Positions 40,932 to 49,762 of a DNA stretch of 64,000 nucleotides are shown here, piece after piece; positions within the stretch are counted from its first letter, which is position 1, and every line of letters begins with the position of its first letter. Source of the stretch: an uncultured cyanobacterium (GTDB lineage Bacteria > Cyanobacteriota > Cyanobacteriia > PCC-9006 > JAAUQQ01); contig OY970368.1 of the NCBI GenBank assembly GCA_963718615.1, positions 384,001-448,000 of the forward strand. Direction: 5' to 3'. Under the pieces are notes generated by a model. That model saw only the letters and a list, made by a program, of their open reading frames with translations, searched no databases and was not told the DNA's origin. A program made the translations under genes and the position numbers.

Positions 40932-41248
40932 TCACATGCTCGATCTTGACCCGTAGCTTCCCTAACTCTCGGTTGTAAACTTTCTGCGTCTCACTCAGCT
41001 TACCCCCCCTGGGTTTCTTCACCGGGGTGAAGCCCGGTTGCCCACTCCGCTGACCCGCTTTGGGCAGGTGCGGGCGTAAGTCATTGGCTAGACGTTCAAA
41101 CGTCTCTGGCTTGATTCCGCTGTAACGACGAAACTCTCCAGGTTTGAGGGGTTTGAGTTGGCTGTAGTGCATGGCGATCGCAAGGTCACTTTCTTACTCT
41201 TCAACCCCAATTTCTCTCTCTCGCTCCGGCTATTCGTGCAAGAGGTCT
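40932..41248 (-). mobile_element. 5' end of IS702-like element, internally deleted
   Basis: IR attcgtgcaagaggtct (41232-41248); ORF MHYSQLKPLKPGEFRRYSGIK... jumps to 'PVKKPRGGKLSETQKVYNRELGKLRVKIEHV'. Confidence 0.85.
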
Positions 41249-41461
41249 AATAGTGTCTTTTGATAGTGTTAAACCAGTTTTTTCCTATCCATATTGAAAT
41301 AGATGGTTGTGCTTAGTCCACACAACTAAAGCTAGATAACGACAAAGTTGAGCAGAAATGAGAGAACTCGAAGGTAGACGAGAAGATTGTGGATTGCCGC
41401 TCCAAAAACTGGTTCACTAGCAGCCCTTACCGAGATCTCCAACGTATAAATCATCGTGATT

Positions 41462-42895
41462 TTAGGGTTGGTAGCCGAGTTTTGTGAGGGCTGCTGCTGC
41501 ACTCGACCGCACTTCTTTATCCGGATCTTTGAGTGCAACAATGAGTGCTGGAACTGCTTCTTGAGCAGATTCCCCTATTTGACCTAATGCAATTGCTACA
41601 CTCAAACGTACCTCCTTATCTGGATCTTTGAGTGCAATGATGAGTGCCGGAACCGCAGGTTTCGCAGATCCTACAATCCCAAATGATTCAAATTTAAGCG
41701 ATTCGAAATCAACTAAGTATTCCGAGTCTTCGGGTAGAACTATAGGGTCAGGCACCTCCCTGGTGACTCCTGTTATATCATCTAATGCCGATTGTGCTTC
41801 AAATTGCACGAGGCTATCTGCGTCTTTGAGTACAGCAATAAGTGCCGGAACTGCTGCTTTGGCAGATTCTCCGATTCGGCCTAATGCCCATGCTGCACTC
41901 GAGCGCACGTCCAGATCTGGGTCTTTGAGTGCGGTAATGAGTGCCGGAACTGCTGCTTTTGATGATTCTCCGATTTGGCTTAATGCCCATGCTGCACTCG
42001 AGCGCACTTCCTTATCTGAGTCTTGGAGAGCCGTGGCGAGTCCCGGAACCGCCACTTTGGAAGATTCTCCGATTCGGCCTAATGCCCATGCTGCACTCGA
42101 GCGCACATCCAGATCTGGGTCTTTGAGTGCGGTAATGAGTGCCGGAACTGCTGCTTTTGATGATTCTCCGATTTGGCCTAATGCCCATGCTGCACTCGAG
42201 CGCCCTTGTGCCTCGGAGTCTTTGAGCGCAATGATGAGTGCCGCTTTGCCCGATTCTCCGATTCGGCCTAATGCTTCTGCTGCACTCGAGCGCACTTGTG
42301 CGTCAGGGTCTTTGAGCGCGATAATGAGCTTAGGAACTGCTTCCTTGGCTGGTTCTCCTATTCGTCCTAAAGCAATTGCTACGCTCGAGCGCACTTGTGC
42401 CTCGGGGTCTTTGAGCGCGATAATGAGCTCAGGAATTGCTTCCTTAGCTGGTTCTCCTATTTGTCCTAAAGCAATCGCTACGCTCGAGCGCATCTGTGGA
42501 GATGAATCTTTGATCGCTGTGATGAGTTCAGGAATCGCTGTTTTTGCAGACTCTCCGATCTCACCCAATACTTCTGCTGCATTTTGTCGAACACAGTTAT
42601 CTAGTAAAAATGAAATGTATTCGCATTGCTCTGGGTGTCTGAGTGCAAAGATAAGTTTAGGAACCGCTGTTTTTGCAGATTCTCCAATGTCGCCTAGCCC
42701 CTTGGCTCCACTCGATCTCACTTTTGAATCGGTTGAGGCCAAGTCTTGGATTAATTGCTTGATTTTCTGAGGAGCAATAATTTCTGATGACAAGGGTCGA
42801 AAAGGATCTGCTCGGACCACTGAAATCGGAACTACAATTTGAACCATAGTTACAAATACGATGGAGAGAAGTTTGTAGCGCAATCGCATCTTCAT
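41462..42895 (-). CDS. HEAT-repeat (PBS lyase-like) protein with signal peptide
   Basis: Many 33-aa 'ALKD....VRSSAA.ALG.IGE..K.AVP.L' repeats. Confidence 0.92.
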   Translation of the reverse strand: MKMRLRYKLLSIVFVTMVQIVVPISVVRADPFRPLSSEIIAPQKIKQLIQDLASTDSKVRSSGAKGLGDIGESAKTAVPKLIFALRHPEQCEYISFLLDNCVRQNAAEVLGEIGESAKTAIPELITAIKDSSPQMRSSVAIALGQIGEPAKEAIPELIIALKDPEAQVRSSVAIALGRIGEPAKEAVPKLIIALKDPDAQVRSSAAEALGRIGESGKAALIIALKDSEAQGRSSAAWALGQIGESSKAAVPALITALKDPDLDVRSSAAWALGRIGESSKVAVPGLATALQDSDKEVRSSAAWALSQIGESSKAAVPALITALKDPDLDVRSSAAWALGRIGESAKAAVPALIAVLKDADSLVQFEAQSALDDITGVTREVPDPIVLPEDSEYLVDFESLKFESFGIVGSAKPAVPALIIALKDPDKEVRLSVAIALGQIGESAQEAVPALIVALKDPDKEVRSSAAAALTKLGYQP

Positions 42896-42971
42896 TGCAA
42901 ACCTACCTAAATCAAAAATTTTGAGTTGCCTAAATACAATCAGTTAAAGTTGCCAAATCGCTTTTACTAAT

Positions 42972-43053
42972 TAGACTTCCTGCATGAACCGAAAACCAGC
43001 GACGTAGTCATAAGGATTTTAGCCTGCAAACATGGGTCTGTACAAAAGGTCTA
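42972..43053. mobile_element. 82-bp MITE-like element with IS702-like ends
   Basis: tagacttcctgca ... tgtacaaaaggtcta imperfect IRs resembling agacctcttgca. Confidence 0.55.
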
Positions 43054-43139
43054 TTGAATAAGCTATAGATCAAAAAAACCATGACAATCAACGTAAAAAT
43101 ACTTGTTCAATGACTGCTCCAATCTAAACGACAATTTCA

Positions 43140-43227
43140 AGCTAACGTTGCCCATCACCCGCTGTAGTCGACCTGAAATACAAACAACTAACCTTTGGAC
43201 GGTCGATGTGCATGGGCATTGTTCGGC
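43140..43227 (-). other. attC-like recombination site (attC-B, 88 bp)
   Basis: Minus strand: GCCGAAC (R'') AAT GCCCATGCAC ... GTGATGGGC AAC GTTAGCT (R'). The arms pair with one unpaired G; starts 14 bp after the stop of 43242-43787. Confidence 0.85.
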
Positions 43228-43241
43228 TGCGTGTGTTAGTT

Positions 43242-43787
43242 TTATGCTTCATGATTTTCGGGAGGCTTACAGAAACGCAGTATTATATTCAAAGCAAGAG
43301 CTGGTAGAAGAGGTAGCTTTAAGAACCGACTTCCTCCTTTAACCTCACTTTCCCAAAATTTACCATTATCGTATCGCAACCGTAATGATTCCCCCTGAAG
43401 CAATAGTCCAGGCATCGAAGGATTGTACATTGCTGGCAAACTTGTACCTTTTGGAAAAATTCTGAGAAGATCCTCCGAGCTATTTACTTCTGCTTTCGAC
43501 TTTAAAGGAGGAATCAAGCGTTCTTTATGTCCGTCCACAGTACCAATTAGCCAATAACTCGCCAAACTATCCGAGCTAGAATCATACGTTCCATCTATCA
43601 CCATAAAAGAAACCGGACGATAACCTGCTGAATTCATATACAGCATTATTCGGTTACAGCTAGAAGGTAGACAGAGAATCGCCCACCACATCGCAAAACT
43701 TGTGGTTTTCTTTGCAAGACTGTAGATCCGCAATGGCGGACTTCTTAAAGCTGGACTCATAGGCTTTACAACTAAATCTTTTTGCAC
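43242..43787 (-). CDS. Hypothetical protein (cassette gene of array B)
   Basis: 181-aa ORF with hydrophobic segments near both ends, filling the interval between platform B and attC-B. Confidence 0.6.
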   Translation of the reverse strand: MQKDLVVKPMSPALRSPPLRIYSLAKKTTSFAMWWAILCLPSSCNRIMLYMNSAGYRPVSFMVIDGTYDSSSDSLASYWLIGTVDGHKERLIPPLKSKAEVNSSEDLLRIFPKGTSLPAMYNPSMPGLLLQGESLRLRYDNGKFWESEVKGGSRFLKLPLLPALALNIILRFCKPPENHEA

Positions 43788-43903
43788 TGCATGTATGTCT
43801 ATAGACGACGATAAGACTTATGCAGAAATTTACGTTTTTTTACAAATCAGTAAGTACTTGCCATCGTTCTGGCTGCTTATAATGACGCTAAATTGAGTGG
43901 TCG

Positions 43904-44204
43904 AACAACTTATTCTCATGCACAATGCTTGATAACTCCCCCCTCTCGTCATTCTCAACCACCAGCGCCCCATAATCCCCAGCAATGGTACATTATCCAC
44001 GCAATCATGCTGGATAACACCCCCGTACAGGTATTGCCAGGCAAAACTGCACGACAACAACCCATTTCCAGACATTATCCCAGCATAGCCGCCGGATAAA
44101 ATCCCTATACAGGTATTATTAAGTATGTCTCAGTATAAGCTTACCCTCTTCGACCCAGCGTAGAAAATTACAAAACCTTCACCAACAGCTCAGCACTTTA
44201 GACC
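43904..44204 (-). repeat. 301-bp attI-like platform, copy B
   Basis: Diverged colinear copy of 33513-33813; homology stops at minus-strand ...GAGAATAAGTTGTT|CGAC. Confidence 0.8.
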
Positions 44205-44295
44205 GTGAAAAAACGCTAACAACTCGCTGGCTCTCGCGATCGCCCAAACTCCAACCAACTCCCCAACCACCCCCAACCCAATCCCCGCCATCATA

Positions 44296-44898
44296 TTAGC
44301 CAGCATTACCCGCAGCAGATGAGGATGACAGCTCAAACACAACTTCCTCATAAAATTGCTCAATCGGCACCACTAAGCTAATGCTTTTCAACTCAACGCG
44401 ATCGCCCTCCCGATAACTCAAAATCACCCATTCCCCCCCATCGTTTTTGTGATAAATATCGATCGCCATCTCATCAGAACTGACCAACACATAATCCACC
44501 AAATTCGGATTACGACGATACTTCTCAAACTTCTTACCTCGATCATAAGCTTCGGTGCTACTAGACAAAACCTCCACAATCAAACAAGGATAGGTAATAT
44601 AAAACGCATTCTCTCGATCCCGCTCATCACAGGTAACACTCAAATCGGGATAGGTATAGTTAGAAGTATTGAGAATGTTAACTTTTAAATCCGAATTGAA
44701 AACACGACACTGACCACCCCGTAAATGTGCCTTGAGCAAAGCACCAATATTTAATTGGATCGCACTATGATTTTGCGTGCCACCGCTCATCGCATAAACC
44801 CGACCCTCGATTAGCTCATGCCTTTCTAACTGCCCTTTCTCCCAAGCAAAATACGCTTCAGGCGTAAAGTACCGCTCGTTATCTCGTGCTGCAATCAT
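44296..44898 (-). CDS. Uma2 family endonuclease (DUF820)
   Basis: 'AMSGGTQNH', 'YPDLSVTCD', 'PCLIVEVLSSSTEAYDRGKKF'. Confidence 0.92.
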   Translation of the reverse strand: MIAARDNERYFTPEAYFAWEKGQLERHELIEGRVYAMSGGTQNHSAIQLNIGALLKAHLRGGQCRVFNSDLKVNILNTSNYTYPDLSVTCDERDRENAFYITYPCLIVEVLSSSTEAYDRGKKFEKYRRNPNLVDYVLVSSDEMAIDIYHKNDGGEWVILSYREGDRVELKSISLVVPIEQFYEEVVFELSSSSAAGNAG

Positions 44899-44940
44899 CT
44901 CCCTACTCCCTTCATACATAATCTCTGGATATCTAACACC

Positions 44941-46308
44941 TTACCCCGCTAAAATCTCCTTCGCCGCCCGCAAGCCAGACAGATAAGCCCCATGGGCCGT
45001 ACTGAAATAATCCCTTTCTGACGCCTCACCCGCAAAAAACAACCGCTTCCCCACAGGTTTAGCCAGTTCCTGACGCATCGCAGGCATCGCCCCCACCGGA
45101 TTAAACGAATAAGAGCCTCGTGCAAACGGGTCCGAAGCCCAGCGCGTGATTTGGAAATCAAGCGGTTCAGGGATATTCTCTCCAAAGATCGTCCGCAAGG
45201 TTTGCATCGCGCTCGCCACAATGTCTTGATCCGACCAAGACTCAATCTCACGACCGCGATCGCCCGCATTAAACCCCAACAAAACAGGCAGATTTGCCAC
45301 CCGCATCAAACTCACCCACTCCGTCCATGCACCATGCTGCTCCGGAATGTATTCCAGCCAATCCACATCCGTCGACCAGAATGCCTGGGGAAAACGCAGG
45401 TAGCACTTGTTCAGAACTCCCATGCCTAGCTTGGCGATCGCCCCCCGTTTCGCAGCAGGAAGTTCCGGCACAAAACGCAGACTGCCCGCCTGCAAAACCC
45501 CGAGGGGGGCTGTGATTAACACCTGGTCCGCCAGAAACTCCGTTTTGTCAGTCACCACACGCACGGGGGATTGATTCCAATCAATTTGCTGCACCACCTG
45601 CTCCAATTCAACCGATAGATCGCGGGCCAAATACTCCGTAATCACCCGAAACCCATCCATAAACAGCGCATCATCTCCTTGAAAGGCTTTACTGTCATCG
45701 TACCAATGGGCAGACAATTCATTGGCACTGCCCGCGTACTCCTGCTCAAACTCACCACTCAAAATAAAGTTGAGAAACCGTTGATTTTCTGGAGAAGCAT
45801 TTGCCTTAAACGTCGCCGTCAAAACTTGCCGAATCGAAGCATCATTCTCCCGCTCCTGAGCTTTTTCCAGTGCCTTAAATACTGTATTTCGCAATGTTTC
45901 GAGACGATTCTCTTCGGCTTCAGATAGGGGATTTCCTGATGTGTTGTAGGTCATGCTGCTGTCATAGCTCATTAACCCTTGTTCGGCTTGGATCGCCTGG
46001 GCCAATTCCGTTAAGGGATTGCCCTGGACCCCATGGATCCAACTCGCTCCCAAATCCAAAGGCATATCCGGCCATTTTGTGCTAGTCCAAATTCGCCCAC
46101 CGATGCGATCGCGCCCTTCCAGCACCACCACCTCATGCCCTTGGGCCTGGAGCTCCCTCGCCGCCGCCAGCCCCGCCAACCCCGCACCAATCACTAGGAT
46201 CCGTTTCTTGCCCAACATAACCGCCCCTTCCCCATCAGGAATGGCCTGGGTCGCTGTACAACTGGTTAACAGTAAACCCAGGAATTTCAAAAGCGCGCGT
46301 CTATTCAT
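44941..46308 (-). CDS. Flavin-containing amine oxidase with Tat/lipoprotein-like signal
   Basis: 'MNRRALLK...LTSC', 'GAGLAGLAAA', 'RIGGR', 'LGASWIHG', 'FAGEA...TAHGAYLSG'. Confidence 0.92.
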   Translation of the reverse strand: MNRRALLKFLGLLLTSCTATQAIPDGEGAVMLGKKRILVIGAGLAGLAAARELQAQGHEVVVLEGRDRIGGRIWTSTKWPDMPLDLGASWIHGVQGNPLTELAQAIQAEQGLMSYDSSMTYNTSGNPLSEAEENRLETLRNTVFKALEKAQERENDASIRQVLTATFKANASPENQRFLNFILSGEFEQEYAGSANELSAHWYDDSKAFQGDDALFMDGFRVITEYLARDLSVELEQVVQQIDWNQSPVRVVTDKTEFLADQVLITAPLGVLQAGSLRFVPELPAAKRGAIAKLGMGVLNKCYLRFPQAFWSTDVDWLEYIPEQHGAWTEWVSLMRVANLPVLLGFNAGDRGREIESWSDQDIVASAMQTLRTIFGENIPEPLDFQITRWASDPFARGSYSFNPVGAMPAMRQELAKPVGKRLFFAGEASERDYFSTAHGAYLSGLRAAKEILAG

Positions 46309-46317
46309 AACTGTGGT

Positions 46318-46830
46318 TTATGCCTGTCTAACAAATGGTACTAAATGCATCATGTAATCTCGTTTTCCAATGGGAACACCAGCCATACGCAGAATGTCAT
46401 AAGCTGTGACCATATGAAAATAGAAATTTGGCATCAGAAAATCGTCCACATAGGCACGACCAGACAGCTCTGCATAGAGATTTTGGCCTAAGTCAATGCG
46501 CTGAACCTCTGCTAGCTTTGCATCTTCGGCAGTGATGCCTGAGAGGCGTTCCTTGGTATTCGCAATGTGCTCGTATGCCTGCGTTAGAGATTGGACTTCC
46601 GGATCCAGGTTATTCATGGGTTTGTCGTCACACCACAGAGCAAAGTTGCGGGGTTGATTGCAGGTGAACACGATCTGGGTGCCAAAGGGAAGCATGTCCG
46701 CCGCAATACGCTTCTGAAGGAACGCCTCGCTCCCCCTGAAATGAGTCTGAGCTGACGTTAAGAGGTGCTCAAGCGTGGTCAAACGGCTTTGGAAGAGGGT
46801 TTGGATAGAATCAATAGTTCGACTTGACAT
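46318..46830 (-). CDS. DUF1993 family protein
   Basis: 'DMLPF..Q', 'PNFYFHMVTAYDILR..GVPIGKRDY'. Confidence 0.9.
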   Translation of the reverse strand: MSSRTIDSIQTLFQSRLTTLEHLLTSAQTHFRGSEAFLQKRIAADMLPFGTQIVFTCNQPRNFALWCDDKPMNNLDPEVQSLTQAYEHIANTKERLSGITAEDAKLAEVQRIDLGQNLYAELSGRAYVDDFLMPNFYFHMVTAYDILRMAGVPIGKRDYMMHLVPFVRQA

Positions 46831-47040
46831 TTCGTGACCTCCTAAAACTTAATCCGATCTTTTTGATCTTCATCTAATAAAGCATGACAGTTTACTAATG
46901 AAATCAAGTCTACCGAATATCTGCATGAGGCTGTGAAGTCCTTCTCCGCCAATTTTGCCATGCAGGCTCCAGTAACAATCCTCTCCATCTATGGTTGAAT
47001 AACAGCAGTAGAGCACTTGTTCTTCACTGCGCCAACCCCT

Positions 47041-48168
47041 ATGCCCACGCGACCCGCTGATATCCTTGCCCTGCTCCAAACCAAGCAAGCCGACTTCGCC
47101 AACTTTGATCAGACGACCCTAGGACTGCTGCAAAAGTATCGGCAGGGCCTGCGGCAACTGGTTGACCTAGAACAGGCAGGCGACAGCGCGGTTTTGGAAC
47201 CCCTGGCTTTGGCCCATCGAGGCATTATTCCCTTTGGTCACCACTGGAACAATCGCGAAGAAAGTCATGCCTGGGTGCGACAGCAACTGATGGGGATCGC
47301 GACATTCGCTGTGGATGGTTCCCAAATCTATCCCAGCAAAGATATCTCCATCCCTGTGGCTCTTGTCCAGGTGGGTTGGTTTGAAAACTTTCATCGTCCT
47401 GAGGGGTCCTATGAAAAAAACATTCGAGTCGATTTGATGACCCCAGCAGACCTTAAGGATTTTAAGGGAGATCTGGCCGATCGCCAGGTCAATATGCGCC
47501 GGTTTCAGATGGAGACAGAGCGCCTTGTGGAATACATCGAAGATCATTCTGGCGATCAAGAATGCCTAGTGTTTCTCGATGGCTCGTTAGTGGCCACATT
47601 CGCCGATGTTTTTGATCAGGATACGCAACAGTTTTATGTGGATTGTCTGCTGCGATTGCTTCAGGCGAGTGAAGATTGCCGCGTCCCGCTAGTGGCCTAT
47701 ATCGACACTTCCTACGCCCAGGATTTGGTAACCGTTTTACGGCGGGGATTTGGGTTGCCTGAGGTGAATTCGATTCATGATGCTCAGGTTGTGCGATCGG
47801 AGATGGATTGGGGCGATCGCACCCCCCTCTTCCGCTGCCAGCGCGATGTGCTCACAAAGTTTTACGGTCCCCACAAACAGCGCATCGCCTACACCTATCT
47901 CAAAACCAACGATGGCTATCCCGCGCGACTAGAACTTCCCCTGTGGATTTATGAGGACGGACGTCTAGAGCAGGTGCTCAACTGGGTGCGTGGGGAGGTG
48001 GTGATTGGTGGGGGGTATCCCTATGGAATCGAGACGGCAGATCAAGTGGCTGTATTAAAAATGGAAGATCGGAATGCTTTTTATCGGCTATTACAGGATT
48101 GGTCGGAGCAGCAAGGATTAAAGCTCAGGCTCTCGCGCAAGATGGTGAGTAAAGTGCGGCGACGTTAG
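47041..48168 (+). CDS. nurA: DNA double-strand break repair nuclease NurA
   Basis: 'AVDGSQI', 'FLDGSL', 'ARLELP', 'GYPY.IE.AD' RNase H-fold NurA motifs. Confidence 0.88.
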   Translation: MPTRPADILALLQTKQADFANFDQTTLGLLQKYRQGLRQLVDLEQAGDSAVLEPLALAHRGIIPFGHHWNNREESHAWVRQQLMGIATFAVDGSQIYPSKDISIPVALVQVGWFENFHRPEGSYEKNIRVDLMTPADLKDFKGDLADRQVNMRRFQMETERLVEYIEDHSGDQECLVFLDGSLVATFADVFDQDTQQFYVDCLLRLLQASEDCRVPLVAYIDTSYAQDLVTVLRRGFGLPEVNSIHDAQVVRSEMDWGDRTPLFRCQRDVLTKFYGPHKQRIAYTYLKTNDGYPARLELPLWIYEDGRLEQVLNWVRGEVVIGGGYPYGIETADQVAVLKMEDRNAFYRLLQDWSEQQGLKLRLSRKMVSKVRRR

Positions 48169-48238
48169 GGAGGAGAGCACAGGCTAATTGACTGGAACAA
48201 ATTAGATAGTTGCGGAAGCATAAAAGCTTGAGCCTGGT

Positions 48239-48643
48239 CTACAAGACGGGTATTAGACGCTCATGTTTTATCTCTGCCTCTACTTCATCCCAAAACGGAC
48301 TATGGCTGAGAATAATTGCAGAGCGGCTCAATATACCCAACTCTCGATATCGCTGTAAGTAATCATCTATCTCTATTTTATTATCTAAATAGAAGCCCAG
48401 CGCATCAAATACCTGAGCCGCCGAGACCTGATTGTATAGCATAGCCGGGATGTCTTCTGGTCGAACGTTATCCTGCCAGAGCGCAACTATGTCACGGATC
48501 GGAACCTTCGTGCCCATAATAATGGGTTCACCCTCTAGGACTGGCAGATTGGTTTGACTAAGTTCTGAGGACACACGAGTTACATATCGAGTCGTCGAGG
48601 GCGTTTTAACCATAATCGAATAAGACATGAAAGATGGAGTCAC
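48239..48643 (-). CDS. DUF433 domain protein
   Basis: 'GEPIIMGTKVPIRDIV', 'VFDALGFYLDNKIEID'. Confidence 0.8.
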   Translation of the reverse strand: MTPSFMSYSIMVKTPSTTRYVTRVSSELSQTNLPVLEGEPIIMGTKVPIRDIVALWQDNVRPEDIPAMLYNQVSAAQVFDALGFYLDNKIEIDDYLQRYRELGILSRSAIILSHSPFWDEVEAEIKHERLIPVL

Positions 48644-48715
48644 TACGATTCTAGCTTTTCAGAGAAAGCTCCTCGGGGAAAAAGTCTTCCACGCGTCGTA
48701 TTTTTCTCATTGGCT

Positions 48716-49696
48716 TTATCGCGTTTGAAAGATATTCTGCACCATGGTCTTGCCCACCGAAGCTGCGGCCTTGTCGAGCTCAATCACTTCCCCCTCGCTC
48801 AACCGCCAACCCAAGGCACCGACGTTTTGCTGCGCCTGGTTGAGAGTCTTGGCCCCTGGAATGGGAATCGTCCCCTTGCAAATACACCAATTTAAGGCCG
48901 TTTGCGCCATGGTTTTGTCGTGGGCTTCGGCGATCACTTGGATTGTGGCGAGTAGCGATCGCGCCCCCGGCAGCAGTTGCTTAAACAAGCGCTTACGCAG
49001 TAGCCCTGTCGGTTTGGGGCCATCCGCAGAATATCGGCCTGTCAAGAGTCCCAAGCACAGCGGACTATAGGCAATCAGTTGAATTCCCAACTCATCACAG
49101 AGATCTTTGACCCCCAACTCCGTCACCGGATAGGTCGAAAGCAGCGAGTACTGAACCTGAAGCGTCCGAATCGGGATATTTCGTTCTTTGAACCGAGGAT
49201 AAATTTGTTTGAGGCGTTTAGTCCCGAAGTTAGACAATCCCACCCCCTGCACCATCCCTTGCTCATAAAGCTCCGCTAGACCATCCAGCAATGCTCCCTC
49301 CTGCCAAGGGGCATAATTGGCCGTCGACCAATGCAACTGCACCAAGTCCACCCGACCCAGCCGCGCCGCCGAAGCCCGAAAGGCAGATTGAATCGAGCCC
49401 TTCGACAGTCGCCAGGGATAGGGGGCAAGCTTCGTGGCCAGACAAATCTGGTTTTGATAGGGTCCTTGGTAAGCCTGGGAAAACTCGCCCAGGAGCGCTT
49501 CGCTGCGGCCCTTGAGCTGACCCGTGCCGTAGGAGTCGCCGGTATCAAACAGCGTAACGCCCTGGGCAACGCAGTAGTCAAAGACCCGCTTGAGCTCCGG
49601 GTCCATGGTCTCGTCATAGCCCCACAGCAGGCGATTGCCCCAGGCCCAGGTGCCGCAGCCCAGGGTGGGTAAAGAAAGATGATGTTGCCCGGTCAT
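48716..49696 (-). CDS. Aldo/keto reductase (pyridoxal reductase-like)
   Basis: 'GTWAWG', 'FDTGDSYG', 'VGLSNFG', 'AYSPL', 'PIPGAK'. Confidence 0.93.
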   Translation of the reverse strand: MTGQHHLSLPTLGCGTWAWGNRLLWGYDETMDPELKRVFDYCVAQGVTLFDTGDSYGTGQLKGRSEALLGEFSQAYQGPYQNQICLATKLAPYPWRLSKGSIQSAFRASAARLGRVDLVQLHWSTANYAPWQEGALLDGLAELYEQGMVQGVGLSNFGTKRLKQIYPRFKERNIPIRTLQVQYSLLSTYPVTELGVKDLCDELGIQLIAYSPLCLGLLTGRYSADGPKPTGLLRKRLFKQLLPGARSLLATIQVIAEAHDKTMAQTALNWCICKGTIPIPGAKTLNQAQQNVGALGWRLSEGEVIELDKAAASVGKTMVQNIFQTR

Positions 49697-49762
49697 GCTG
49701 TCATCGCGATCGCGTTACCAGGCATACTGTAGCGTGAGAAGTGGGTTTCGGGGTTGGGAATC

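Noticed and set aside
41628-42770. 380-aa plus-strand ORF
   Set aside because: Antisense shadow of the repetitive HEAT gene.
43830-44099. ORFs 43830-44075 (-) and 43893-44099 (+)
   Set aside because: They overlap the repeated platform, resemble no recognisable protein, and the ORF track shows no counterpart in copy A.
44205-44240. Possible intI start (GTG AAA AAA CGC TAA) or plus-strand attC half (gctaacaactcgctg) after platform B
   Set aside because: Stop after four codons and no second arm or R' box; too short to support either reading.
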